A stretch of DNA of 64,000 nt from Macrostomum hystrix (lineage: Eukaryota; Animalia; Platyhelminthes), in the NCBI GenBank assembly GCA_950097015.1, contig CATNEN010000041.1:3596001-3660000 (forward strand). Reading direction: 5' to 3'. Shown in pieces: positions 22,601 to 37,600 of this stretch (positions within the stretch are counted from its first letter, which is position 1; the number at the start of each line of letters is the position of its first letter). The position numbers were made by a program, and so were the translations under genes. The notes under the pieces were generated by a model, which did not search any database, was not told the DNA's origin, and saw only the letters and a program-made list of their open reading frames with translations.

Positions 22601-25600
22601 GATGCTGTATCAGATATGAAGCATATAATGATTTTTCACTCACCTCCGGACTAGATCGCGAAGGGTGAGAGTTGTTGTAACACGCATTGAAAGCGGAAAG
22701 GCGATCCATAAGCGTCAAGTCAACGTCGATAAGGCAGCTAGCCAAGCTCAGTTTCAGGCTGCTCTGCCGATCCTCTTCCCGGCAGAGCTGAGGAATCGAA
22801 GTAAGGGCGAAGTACAGTTAGTGCAGCAAGCATGCAAGCTAGGTCAAACGATTACGTATTCAGTTTTTAGACTTCAGAGAAGCAACTTGCGTGAAACATA
22901 TATAAAATAAAATCAATACGACTGCAAGGAATCTGGGATAAATCAGCGATAACTGGGATAACAGATTTTTTCAGATTTTAAATATATTATTAGAAATTAC
23001 AATTACCACTTTTCGGCGAGATGTAAAGCCAGTAGCCGCCAAACCCACCAGAATCCTTACCACAGATAATACTGGCATCAGTTTTACGGCGGGGTAAAAT
23101 AAAGCAATATGGAATTAAACTTACTGAATAGCGGGAAAATTGCTTCGATTGGCTCGGATTTGAAACCCAGTCATGGCAAACACGAAGCCACAAGGAGTAG
23201 CCGTTTCCGAAAGAATTTTTTATTAAATGCGCCAGTGCACATGCAAATCCTTATTATTGCACACGCGCTGCATAAAACACTATTATAAGACCCACTTTAT
23301 TCGGTAGCGAAGTACGTTTTCCTGCACCAAATATTTAAACTACTACAGGTGCTAATAGGTGCCATATACAGTGATGATGTATGCATAGTCTCGCACGATT
23401 GCATATAACAGTAGAACTACCAAGGGGGTAATTGCCCCATTACAATTCATTGTGCTGCACCCGGATGAAGCAACGCAAGCACGTGAAACTCAAGAATACG
23501 GGCCAACTTTTGCTTACGCATCTTTTGAAACAAGGATCAAGTCGCCAGCCTTTCAGACCGTCGATATATTCAATTGTTATGGACGAAGGTCTGATTTTCC
23601 CATAAGAGCTGGTGCATTTCATACACCAATACACGAATTCGCACTGCACCTCAGTGCAACCTTGACAGGCCTTCAAACTTTACCAGCATGTCACCCGAAT
23701 GTGCCGGCATCATCTCCGACTTCAGTGGTCACCGACCTTTATCTAGACGGAGCTGCTGGACCTTCAACAAGTAATGGTTGAGTTTAGGCCAATATCGAGG
23801 CTTCATCAGCGACAGTAGAAAGATTCGATTTAGGGATTCCATAGCCAGTTGGAGGCACTCTTCTTCTTCTTCAACGGCGCCGATAGGGACCGGCCTGTAG
23901 CGCGTGGTATTCCGGGCCGTCCAGTTGCGAGGTCCGCCTTCCGATTTCCAGGTTGAACGACACGTGTTCGCAGCTTGCGGTCCAGGGCGCAGGGCCGGGG
24001 AGGTGCCTTCTCGTGGCAATTTATCTAGCTTCTTGCAGACCTCGAGCTCGCTGGCTGCTCGACGCTATCAGCCTCTGTGCGGTCGCGTGAGGTCGCGGGG
24101 TTATTTTTGTTTTTGTCCAATGCCTGTGGCGTTCGCTGGGATGTGCTTCGTGGCGCAGCACTCTTTCTGGGAGGCGGGCGGCGCGTTCCGTGACAAGGTG
24201 GCGAAAAGGTCTCAGGTCAGCGAGCTGCAGGACAGTCCGGGAGTCGTTGGAGGCACTCTGCTGACAGCGTCGGGGTTGTGACTAAATTGGTTTACAAACA
24301 AGGAGAGGGTCCTTGTGGTTAAGCGTCGTTCCATATTGAGGTATGATCAGCGAAATTGAAGAATTTAGAATATGGGTGTACATATTCGGCTGGCGCCAAT
24401 TGCTGAAGGTCCAGGCACTTTATCTATCGGTCTAGATAAAGTTGCGTGACCACCGAAGTCGAAGATGATGCAGGCACATCTCGCGGATAAAGTTTGAAGG
24501 CCTGGTAAGGCCGAACTGACGCGCATTCTGAAGGGCTGGGGACTTGATTCTTGTTTCAGAAGATGCACAACAAAAAATTGGCCTGTGTTTTTGAGCTTCG
24601 TGTGCTTGCGTTGCTTCGTTTGAGTGCAGCACAAATAATTGTCATGGGGTAGGTAAATTCCACCTAGGTATAAAAGCGTGCGGCAAAATGGCTTGATAGA
24701 CCTACTGTTAAATATTTAATTCAAGTACCCTAACCCTAAAAAAATAATATTCAGCCATATATAAGTACTAGGGCGTCGGACTCACGACTTGAAGGTCGGG
24801 GGTTCGATTCCCGTCTCCACTTAAACAATTTGTGTCCTTTAGCAAGACACTTAACTCTGCATTGCTTCAGTTCACCCAGCTGTTAAATGGGTACCAGCAT
24901 TAGCTGGGATAATTGATGGTGGGTGTGACGTCCCCCCAGTCCATGGACTGAACAGCTGTACGCAGCCTTCAGATGCGCCGCGCAATAGCTGCGGCTGTGC
25001 TGTCGGCTGCACATCTGACCCGATTAGGGCAGGTGTAATCAATTATTAGTAATTATTACTCGTATAAATACTGAAGTAGAAAAATACAAGCTTAATTGAG
25101 ACAAATGAGTGTTAATATAGACACCACGTGCAATTTTCATCCAAGGCATGAACAAAAATGCTCTGAAATATGCAAAAACTTGCAAATGAGTGTTGCATTC
25201 CGCTAATCAAGCCGATCAAAGAGTAACATGCACGTTTGGTAAGCATGCCTTAGACATCTGATCTCACCCGTCGCTCGGCATGAGAGAACTCCGCGCGAAT
25301 GCTGGGCTGGCCTGAGTTGAGCGACTGGTCCGGAAATGACACGATCTGTAGGGAGGTAGAGAGGTACGAGCAGGCACGTTAATCATTCTCTTCCTAATAG
25401 TATTATACTGAATTTCAATTTCCGTTACAAAACGGCAGCTAATAGACAAGAAATTTAGTTCAGAAAATATATTTTAGACAGGATCTTAATTGCTGTAACA
25501 AAGCGATAAAATTATACGTACAACTCTGGATGATATAGGTCATAAAGAAAGCTAAAAACATCTGCTTTTGTCATTAAGTAATTCAAATCAGTCGTAGGCT

Positions 25601-28600
25601 AAAGAGCCATCCTAGGAGCCAACTCGAAGTTCTTTGGAATAGTAATATGGCTTGAGGGGGCCATGAGAACAGAGTTATTCTCTGTTGAAATGATAGGATA
25701 CAAAAAAACGAAAAAGACAACAAAGACAAAGCCCTGAACCACAGTATTGCCCGAAGACTGAGTTAACACAATGTCACTCCAAGAAATATAGACCGGTCAG
25801 GAATGAGTGCCTTTAAAGACTGGACAATCTCTTGGGTGGCCCCGCTAAGCCAGGATCAGCATAAACGCAATAGAAAACAAAAGGAGGTACAAACAAACGA
25901 GAGCCACACTGGACAGACCGGGTCGCAGAGCCATGTCCAGAGCTATTAATACAAACAGCTGTAATTTCAGCCAGAAATATGTGACTCAGTGTCGCAGAGG
26001 CTGTCGATGCTTGAGCAGCCCACACAAATAACAACTGGGCCACCCATTCAGGCAGCCAGTGAGAATGAACCGACTCCTGATGGTCTCAAAGATGGTCTCT
26101 ATCCGCTTAGAAATTTGTAAAAAGTTAAATTCAGTGGAACACTGACGCATAAAACAACAAAACAAAGGTCTAAAAAGATCAAGCGCTTTCACTCAAAAAA
26201 TTGATTTAAATAAAATTTACAATTGTACAGCATTCCATTACTTAGAAGTACAAATGAAACTTTTAATCAACACCAATGTGTACAGTTTGTGCGAAGGGTG
26301 AGTAAAAACGATTACGGAAACATTGGATAAGGGGTGGATGAACTCAAGCAAGAATGAACTGATGCATGTGATCTCAGCTTTTTCTGCTTTGAAATAATAT
26401 TTTTATTGATCAGCAAAGCGTTAAACCAACCAAAGTAAGTTTGTTGAAATTTTCATACTTGAAAAATCTTTTAATTTTTTATTTAGCACTTATGCTAAAG
26501 TTTTACCTTTTAGAAAGAATTTAGCTCCTTAAAGCAGATCCCCGATTCAAACAAGCCCATGTTTCAATATTACGAGTACTACCATACTACCGGTAAGCAA
26601 GTGTACACAAGCACGTTATAAAAATCTACAAAAAATAAAATAAAAAGTTGGAAAAGTAATATGCTTCCTGCAAATAGAACTAGTGGAAAAATACTATTTG
26701 CTTAGACTTAACAGGCTTTTAGGCTTTTGGGAAAGGTTATAGGCTATGGGCGATGCCACCTGTCTGGAAACAGAAGAAAATACGCTGCTCGCTGCTGGAG
26801 ACAGTAAAAAGCAAGAATATCTGAGAGAGCACAAACCATGTACACTGGTGGCAAAAGTCGACCACAGCCTATACCGCCCAGGTGAGGGTAGATAAGAGTG
26901 TAACGGGTAAGGGAATAGAGACAGATGTACAGTCGCGGCAAACTGCAAGGCCAAGCTCAGGCATTAAAATTTTCTTTCTCAGGCCAACCCGCACTACACG
27001 CACTTACTATGTCTGAGGCCGGCAAATATTCAGAGAGAGGAGGCTAAAGTAATGAGTCATGCTCTGCATGCTCTGTCTGTCGGCTGCGGGTGTAGAGAAG
27101 TCAGAGAGGACAGGACTATGGCACCCTCAAAACTGCTCGACCAACCCAACTAGCCAAGAAAGGAAACGCCCCACGTAGCCTAAAAAGAGCTAGACCCGGT
27201 GCAAAGCAAAGAAAAATCTCACGCAGTCAGTTATGTTAGAATAAGGAAATAGCCAAAGCACGCAGTAGCAATTCACCTGACAAGCATAAATAGTCACTTA
27301 ACCATAAGAGAAGGAAAAGACAAATTCAATCAAGAATAAAAAATGCTCATGACCGTGGACAGGAAAGGCTTTTAGAAATCATAATCGCTCTGTTAATTAT
27401 TTAAGAAGACGATATGACAAGCCTTCTACCTTCACTGTTTGTGCTTCAACTGTGTCTCAGCATCTCCAGCGTGCTGCCTAGTGCATTGTATCTAACCCAA
27501 AGCAACTATGCGCCGTGCTCATTCAACAGCAACAGTTCGATTCGGATTCTGGATTGTTCGAACAAAGGTCTTACGGAGGTTCCCAGTGTTGAGAGCGCTA
27601 TGATTGTAAGTGCATTTTACCTGGATGGCAATCCAATCCGATCGATGGGAGCAAATGCATTTGTAAATCTGAACCGCAGTTTAACGTTACTGTCTGTTAC
27701 GTCAACGGCTCTGATGGACAGAATCGACAACTTGGCCCTTGCGGGTCTGACAGGGCTTAAGAGTCTGAACATCGAGGCCAAGGATGGAAGCGAGAACAGC
27801 ATGAATAAGATCAACATTGATAAGCTTTTCTCTGGCTTAAAAGCCCTGACAAATATCAGGATGAGCAAGGTAAACATCAAAGAGCTGCCAATAAGCTTTG
27901 GAGGAGGAACAAATATGGGCAATGTATCGTTTGTGCGCACAGCCATAGCATCAATAGACACCAATGCATTTTCAAACGCATCAAACCTGCGCTTCTTGGA
28001 CCTCAGCAATAATCCTCTAAATTTAGGTGTCACAAAAATGAACTGGCTTGGTTCAGCAGTAAACGTTGAGACCATCGTACTCGGTTCGTGCGGAATAACA
28101 ACGGACACCATGGGTCAAATGCCATCGATTCCGAGATTAAGGACTATTGATCTCAAGTCAAACAAACTGGCAAGGTTAGACGGCAACTCTTTTGCCAACG
28201 TAGCTGCATCACTGGAAGTACTCGTGCTTAACAACAATGAAATCTCAGATGGAAATACACAGGGATTACAGAGCTTATTGGCACTTAAGGAGCTCTATTT
28301 ACTTAGCAATAATTACATCAGTGCGATACCACCAGAAATCAAACTGCTATCGACGCTGGAAGTATTGGACCTAAGGGGCACGAGGATTGCTGGAATCGAG
28401 GCAGACAATTTTCATCCGAACTCAAAGCTCAAAACTCTTAAACTGGACTACACTAATAGTCACTCTTTTCACGCACTCGCATTCGTACGGGTAGCTAACT
28501 TAGAAGAGTTCACCGTGTCTACCAGTTCGTTAAGTACATCATCGATTCTAGACACAACAGGAACTCAGCGGCCTGGAAATTGGTCAGTCATCCTGAGCCA

Positions 28601-31600
28601 GATCCCTCGACTTCGAGTTCTCTCTCTCAGTGGCATCGGAAGCAACATAAACGAAGGAGGGGGCATCACTGACAGCATTTGGAGCACCCTGCGACTACTG
28701 CCCAGTCTACAGAGACTGACTCTAGAATATAACAGCTTATCGTTCATCCCAGAATTCTACTTATCTTCATTTGTTAATCTTAGCTACATTAATTTGAAGA
28801 ATAACAACATTAGTAGATTGACATCAGCTTCGCTTTACCGAATGGGAAACGTCGAATTGTTGCTGCAAAATAATAAACTGGCTTTTTTCGACAACTGTAC
28901 CCTGTCGATGTATAATACACTGCACATAGTATCACTTGGTGGAAATCCGTTCTACTGTGGGTGCTCAATGCAATGGTTATGGCGACGAGTTCATGCAGAG
29001 AAACGCATTAATCTAGCAAACATGCAATGCGCCCATCCACCCAGCTTAATCGGTAGAGGCTGGCAGACCCTCAATGCAAGTGACTTCTGTTCGTCAGGAG
29101 AGACGGCACCCAGCAACTGCAGCGTTCAAGCACTAACGACAGCGAAGCCGACAACATCACTTCCTTTCCAGTTCGAAATTTTCATCAGCAAAGCAAGCGA
29201 ATCGGACGTCAAATTGGAGGCCACACTCTCTATATTAAAAGGCACGTTTAATGGATACATAGTTAGATACTGGGCCATCTCGCGACCCGAAGTAGTGCTT
29301 AACACGAGCTTGATTCCAATCACCATAGCTTCTATAACACTAAAAGTAACAGTCAATGAACAGTATCGCTACTGTTACGTACTAAGGAATGGCAGCAGTT
29401 TTTGGTTGGAAAGCACGACTAACTGCAGAGATTTCTTACTGACTGGCCTAACAAGTGCAGCCGTCATAGCCATATCAGTGATGGCAGCCATCATTGGAAC
29501 AGCGCTTATATTCGTACTTGTTTGCTTGGTGTGTAAGATGCTGAGACACAGACAAAGCGCTCGATTGAAGGGGCAGGCGGACGAGGATCCGTATGCATAC
29601 GTTTATCCAGATGAGAAGCAGATCGGCAAACAGCCTACTAACCAAAGTCAGTTCCAGGCAACGCTGCGACCAGAAAGTAAACGATTCAGCAAGCGTAGCA
29701 GACCCAACCTTGCAGGCTCCAGACCCAGTTTGGCCACTTCAACTACAACTCTGAGTACATCAAGAATGAGCAGCTCCGTCTTTGCAATGCAAAACGGAGC
29801 CAGACCTGTATCTGGACACTCAATGGTTCTGCAGCACCAAAATCCAATGTTTCTGAGTGGAGGCGTACAGCCAAGCCGATCAATGCACAGTATCTTGCAT
29901 GATCCTAGGGCACGCAGCGGCCCGCTTACCCAACAGCAGCTCAGCAGAAGTCAGGACCACCTAAGCTGCAACCCGAAAAGTGAGAGAGGTGGCCGACAGT
30001 TACCGCCGCCACCCAGACAGGCGCGCAGTCAAGAGCTTGTGTTAGACGTCACACAGGCAGCAGGCCGATACCAGAACCGCCATCAATATCCGGACCAACC
30101 ACCGTCGCTGCCACCACCAAGAAGCCAACCGTCATCTTCGACATCAGGCCCGCAGTCACAAGCACCGAGCTACACAACCTACTCAGGAGACGGTGCCTAC
30201 GTGCCGATGTCTTCGGCTGCCGTTGCCAACCTAGGGGAGTCAAGCACCGACCAAGATCAAAGACTGCAGCTACATATGTCGTCTAAGTACAATGATTACC
30301 TACAGGAAGTCCAGATTTTACAACAGGAGCCTGTACAATCAAACGGAGGCATCGAAAACTCAGCCTTTCAGATACAAGAGACTTTTGGCTATTACGAGAT
30401 GGGACAAATATGATAGTCCCATACATCTGATAAGACTGCCTACCGGTAACGCATATTGCCTATGTTGACTAAATGATAAGACCCAGTAAAAGCAACGGAG
30501 TCTAATCTGCAGTTAATTTTATAGCCACAATAGTACTCTAATGGAATAGGTGAAACAAAAAACAAAGCACTAATGTCAAAATATTTTGGCCCAACATAAA
30601 TTGAATTTAAATCAATGGACTCTAAATACCAGCACTGTATGTATGTCTATAAGCTTTTAATTCTATATTTGTAAGCATTGTGATACCATTTTTCTCAATT
30701 CAAATTGTAAGTTAAAACACTTTTACGTAAACTTCTCACTAACATGTTTTCTGCCACAGATGTATGAGCTAAAATAACACTCTAAATTGCCTTTATTTTC
30801 CTGCGTATAAGATTGATACTAATCTAAATGGCCACTAAATTAGCCTAGTATATTTTACGTACAGCTGATCCATGAACTAATATTTTGCAGCCAAGCTTCT
30901 CAAAATATTTTTACAATGCGCCACATTATAACTCTGAACCAATTTCTGCACCTGACCCTGCTGGATTCTTCATCAACAAAGTCTTTTTGAGTACCATATT
31001 TGAAATTCCAATGCCACTGAACACATTAGTTTTACTTAAGTGCCTTTCTAAAATTCAGCAGTTTTTCACTAATAAACTCAGAATTAGTCAGTACTGAAAT
31101 TAGTTGTTGAGTTTACTTTCTTTTATTTTCGATTCACACAACAGAAAACTTGCTCATTGGACCATGAAAAAAGAATTGCCACAGATGAGGATAGACACGC
31201 TGAATATTTTGCTAACTTATTAGCAGTGCACACGGAACATGCACTCAGATATAGAAAGGAGTTTACGCAAAAGCCATAGTTTTTGTTAAACAAATTTTTT
31301 TGTTTGACAAACGGGAATTTTTTGTCGAACAAGGGGAATGCCAAGTAATCTTTCTAGTTTCACGCCTACAACTAAAAGCCACAGAACAGGTACACTTAAG
31401 AAGCTGAAATAATCCAGTTTGGTTCCAACTTTTACTTGTAATTTTGAAGCAAGTATTCTACTAACTGTAAATATGCTACTTTGTGCCCGACGTGCCATTG
31501 ATGGTAGTATATATACGATTAGAAGTGTATGTAATAAATTTCAAAACAAGTAGGATGCATTGCAAATACCGATTTTTTAAGTCGCAGTGCAAGGGCAAGC

Positions 31601-34600
31601 TTAAGGTTACAATACTCACATTCCACAATCGAGGCTCCAGGTCCGACGGCTTAGGCAGAGCCAGCGATGGCTCAGCCTTGCGCTCGAATAAGGTCTCAGT
31701 GAAGTCTGCCAGGCCCATGGACATACAAAAGCTGGATTTTCTCATCTTCCGTGACTCCTCCATTGTATGGCTGAGCTTCAGTGGTCTGGCGATGAAGCTG
31801 ATGGTGAGTATCGAATGGTAGGGCTGAGCTTGAACTTAATGTGTTTAGGTTCATTTATATCACTGAATTCGAAGCAAAATACAATAGTCCTCTACTACTC
31901 TAAGTAGAGTGAAATTAAAAGGAGGTAGATATGGCTAATATTATTAAATGAGTATTAATATGAGTTAAATATTAAATAGATTTTGATACATATTTTACTT
32001 CATATTATAATAAATTAAAGTAAAACCTAATGATTTCGCCAAAGAAAAAGAAAGGATCCATTCATATTGTACACTATAATTTCTATATGCTTACTAAGAT
32101 TTACTACAGGCCTACAAATTTTCATGCATTAGAATATATATAAATACTGGCTTACAGACCTACTGGCTAACGGTGAATACTGGCACTTCTGTGACCAAAA
32201 TAAAAGCTCACCCAAGATGGTCATGAGGACATAGATCGACCATGGAACGTCGTAGTGCACGTAGGTTCTGAGGTTGCTCATTGACATCAAGGCCCCTGAT
32301 CAAGCTGAAGAAGGATTCGGCTAGAGCAGCCAATTTGTCTCTGCCCGAAACTGATCGGTCGATACCATCATGCGTAGTCTCGGGGTCAATGTGAAGCACA
32401 GTGATGCTCAGCAACGCCAGCTGGCCCGTCAGTCCAACCACCCTAGTAGGGGTTTCCTCGTCAGCGCCGACAAAGGTGGCGGAGCTTGAGTACTTCTTGC
32501 TTCGACGAAGCCAGTCGCTGGAGTCAGAGGCTGTGGCCGCCCAATTTCGACCAGGCTGCCAAGTGGAATCGGAACGGTAGGAGTCTGTCATGACGGGAGG
32601 GACTGTCTCCTCCATAGGTCCCATAGAGTAGAACTGCTCGCCCTCGTCAACCTCCGAGCCAGATTCCAAGCTGCCAGCGTCGTCCGGCTGGCCTGGCTGT
32701 CCCAGTGAAGTGCTTAGTAGCTGCTCCTCAATTTTCTGCCTGTCATCTAAACTCAGAGGCCGCGAGCTGCCTGCTGAGTCGCCCTGGTGGTGACGCCGGC
32801 GGTGGCGTTCACCATCGTCCCTGGGCTTTCCAGAAAATGCTTCGAAAGTCTGCAACAGCTGATGCAGCTGAGTAGGGCTTAGCAGGACGTGAATCGCCTG
32901 ACCGGCAGAGATTGTGCAGTCGAACTTCGGACCAGGCAGGTGATCCTCCCGCTTGAGAACCAACCGGATCTCTGACTGGCCCATTATTTCTGCTACTTTA
33001 ATCGGCTTCCGCTGCTGCTGCTGCACACCAGCAGGAGACGAAGGTGGCGTTAGCGTCTGCAGCGATGGCATGCCTACTGGACTGCCAAAATGAGGCGGTG
33101 TTGGTGGACCAGAAGAGGAGCTGAAGCCTAGCGGGGCGTCATCGATGAAGATGGTCAAACCAGTCAGGCGCAGGCTCTTGTACAGCAGCACGTTGGAGAA
33201 GCTGCTACTGGTCTGTTCCTCGCAATTACTGGCGGCAGAGTCGTTGCAAGGGGTCTCGGTGGTATCGAAGTACTCCGCCTGGCCAATGAGCAGCTGCAGC
33301 GACAAGGATTGAGAGGATAAACGGCACATCAGCGTGACTCTGCTGTCCAGCAAAGTGACACGAATCTTGGACAACACAGTGTCGATGGTATTGGCAATCC
33401 GTTGCACACCCTCTGTGCCGCTCTGACGTTCCTCTGGCATTTCCCGAACGCATGTTTCGGCCACCTGCATGCTAGTGACCATGCTGCCCAGCATAGAGTC
33501 TAGTAGTTGACTGGACACCATGGCATCCACCCGGCTGTTAGGTGTCAGCGTCACGCGTAGGCCGCGCACTTCGACTACGGATGGCTCCGACACCAGCGCC
33601 GACCAGGGGATGGAAACGCTGATCTCATCAACTACGCCTTCCACCATCTCCAGGGGAATGTTCTGATTACGAAGCACTTCATTCAGGCTCTAGATAAACG
33701 GCAGGTGAAGAAGTTGGATATTTTTGTGAAATAATTAAACTATAAACTTATAGAAGTTTATAAAATGATAGAAGTAGCTAGGCATTAAACATGGTACATT
33801 TGTATCAAGCAGAACTGAATCAATCTCTATCTTAATGAAGCTATCAAGGAAAATCTTATGCCTTATTCCAGCGTGTGAAAAATTTCTATTGAGAAAGGTT
33901 GAAATACTAGTAACTTTGCAAAAGTTAGATTTACTAATTGGTACATATTTTCACCAAATAACTTATTTGGTATAAGGTATATATACCTTAAGGTATATGC
34001 AAATGTAAATGATGCGATTAGCTCGGAAAATGTCAATTTAGATTTAAAAAACAAAATCATATTAACTATGATAAAAAAATTATATTAGCTATGATAAAAA
34101 AGTTATATTAACTATGATAAAAAATGAAATTATATTAACTAAGAAAATCAATTTGCTTCGTATTTTTCAATCTGCAAATTGATACTAAAACTGTGTTAAG
34201 TTATTATGATATAATTTATAAGATGTGGCGACTAGAACCTATATGCAGGATGGCTAACATCAGTGGCATAATGTACACACTGCTAAACACGCGCCCTTTG
34301 CTGCACTTGTGCTTTGCTTCTAAATTGACTAAATTGATGAACCTGACTGCTGATGGTATTATCATGACTGAGTCTGCAGTTGCATCCCAACTGCCTACCT
34401 TTTGTGGCTCCCAGAGGTAGACAGTAGGCAAGCCCTATTTGCTCTGCGATAAATATTACCGATGACTACACCAAACCCTGCTGTCATCGTTTTTGTCTTG
34501 ACTGATGTTTTGCCTCATCTTCGAGAAGTTATTCCGTGAGCAACTGCCTGCTGATAGATAAGATGACTGCCGAGTTCAGAGTGAGATGTGTAGCAGTGCA

Positions 34601-37600
34601 ACTGGCAAATAATATTTAACAGAGTAGCTTGTTGTGGCCATTTCCAAGATTTCGGACCCGTGGGTTCTTTTCTGAGTTCCTGAATTCACCATTGATGCCA
34701 CAGAGCCCATCCCTGTCCAGCCCTTCGGCGCTGAGGATGTCCCCCTACCTGCCACCCTGTACCAAGTACTGTGCCCTCAGCTGTAACCTGATGGAGTCCA
34801 CACGCAACTTTTAGACTACCAACCAACCAACTTAGCTCTGCTAAGTCACCCTTTGTAGCCCTTAATTGGTGTATAATGAATATAGTTCAAATGGTTTATG
34901 ATTTAACTGCATAAAATTTTTATAACAGTTGTCACTTGGAAAAAATAGACTTAAGTCAAATAAATGAGGATATGTGTATATAACTTGCACTAAAAAATAG
35001 ATAAAACACATTTTGGGTATCAATTATTAAACAGATTAGTGGGCAGAGTTAACTTTGACAGAACGAAATGAGGACCTGTATCAAGCGAGGCAATAAAAAT
35101 GGAAAAGAATTGTGAATAACAAAGGGGTGGTCTTTTAAATAACAAAACAGTCTATGAACTAAATGAAGATTTAAGCTAAACATAAAATAATCAAAAAAAT
35201 AAATTAAATCAATAAATTATGCTTTTCCCTTGATAATTTTTTCTATCCCATCAATTATTTTGTTGCTTATTCATGCATTTCTCTTGATAAAATTATGCTT
35301 CCATCTCAAAACTTCATGCTAACACATTGATAATTCATAATTTATCTCATTAATTCATGCTTCCTCCTTAATAACTTATGTTTCCCTAGTCAATAATTTA
35401 TGCTGCCCACTTGACAATTTTTTATGTTTTCATGTCGTATACAATAATTCACAATTTCTCTTGATAATTCATGCTTCCCCCTCAACACTTCATACTTTCC
35501 CTCTCAACAATTCATGCTTCTTCCTTGATAATTCATGCCTCCCCTCAATAAATTAGAAGACAATTTTAACCCTCTCATTCTAACCCTCTTGATAATTCAT
35601 GCCTTAACCTTGATAATGCATGCTTCCCCTAAAAAATGCATGCTTCCCCTGAATACTTATGCTTTTCTCCAGATAATTCATGCTATGCTGGATAATTCAT
35701 GCTTTCCTGGATGATACATGCTTTCCCTGCAATAATTTTTGCTGCCAAATTTTTTTTGCTTCTCCCTGTGTAATTCATGCTTACCTTTGACAATCTATGC
35801 TCTGCCCTCAATACTTCATACTTCCCCTTAATAGTTCATGCCTCCCCTTGATAATTCTTGCTCGCCCCTCAATAAACCATGCTCTACCCTTGATAATTCA
35901 TGCTTAATAAATAATTTCCTCAATAAATCATTCTATCTTCTTAAAAATTGCTATGCCCTCAAATTATTATCTATCCCCTGGAAATCTCATTCTGTCTCCA
36001 AGAAATCCTTTGCTATCTTTTCAAGAAATAGTTCATTGCTATCTAATGATTTTTCCACAAATTCCATGCAATTTACTTATGATAGCATGCATTAGGGTTC
36101 CTATCCCTGAAAATCCTCCCCGGGGAACTGTTCCGGGGATCCCCGGGGAGGATATCACTTTTTCAAATTTTGAAAATTAGTGATTTTAAACAAAAAATAA
36201 CAAAACAATGAAGAATGAACCATGTAAAAATATAATCTTCTATTAAATGCAGCTTATAAATAGAATTACCAAGTATTTATTGATTAATTTACGATTTTTA
36301 CAACTTAGAATTACCACTTTCATTTCTAATTAGATTTTTACTTCCAGGAACATTTTGTCTAGTTCAAAAATAATAAGTTATTGCTTGAATGCTTGTGGCA
36401 CTTGCACAATGTGCAAATGCAATTGTGCATTCTTGAACTTTATGTAATTGTAATGTATTATATGTAAAGATTGTTGATGTATTGATTGGCAGATGTATCT
36501 AGTTGTAGATCTTAGATAGGTCACTGATGCACAAGTCACTTGACTTGTTGACTCAATTCACTTTTAGTAGAAAAAGTTAATTGATAGATTAAAAAAAACC
36601 TTATAAAAATCTTACAACATAATATCAGATTTCAATCATATTTTAAATTGTAAAAAAAGCTTTCCCGTTTCAATTTAAATTTGCTACTTTTTTGTTTTTT
36701 GTTTGTTAAAGTTTATCATTGATTAATGTTTACTTTACAACATAAAAAATAAATAAAAACATAACCTAAATATTAAGATAATAATGACGTCACATTTTCC
36801 TGGAATATTGGGTCTTCTAAAGCTTTGTTTTAATTAAATAAAGTATATTGTCCTGTGATCCCGCTCCTTGGTGAAGTCCCCCCCTGGAACCCTGGGGAAT
36901 TCACCCAAAATTTTGATCCTCCCCAGGGACAGATTTTCCGAAAAATTGGATTCCCTAGCATGCTTGCTATCAATTGATATCTAGTGCAATATTCCTTAGT
37001 TTCTTATTTTCCATCAAACATTATGCTTTTGAATTATAAAACATTTATGATTGCTGTCCCAGTCAACAATATTAAAATTAAAAATGAATAATGCCTTTTT
37101 ATGATTAAAATATTTTCTCCTAGTTTTGAATATAATAACAGTTATAACAATGCTCAAAACACTTCTTTTGTTTTGAAAATAAAATAACTCTTAAAGCAAT
37201 GTGTGCTTAAAGAGTCTTCATGTTGTTTTGAATGGAATAATGCTTGAAGCCTAATAATGCCTAATAAATACAAAAATAATAAACAGGTATTTATGTAATA
37301 ACTGTTTTGATAGAAGATTAGAAGAAAAGAAGCAGTAACAAAACTGATTCTACAATTTGACCTGCTTCAGCAAATAAATAAAAGTACTTTTGGTATTTTT
37401 GGAGCTAGATAAATAGAAAGTGGCAAAATGATCAAATAATATATAAATATTTTTTATGAATGCTGTATTTGGTACAAAAAAATGATGTTAGAACAATTAC
37501 AATCCTGATTAACAAGACTATTAAGATTATTAAGCTGGGAAATTGGAAAATAAATTGTAATTACTTAATTTCTTACCTGTACATCTAGTTCAATATTGCT

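Noticed and set aside
22990-23193. Candidate extra ATG2 exon
   Set aside because: The ATG2 frame joins cleanly from 25268 to 22787 without it, and the peptide shows no ATG2 resemblance.
24771-24850. Possible tRNA gene (also at 59209)
   Set aside because: It has a B-box but no complete cloverleaf, and it continues into a CORE domain, so it is a SINE head.
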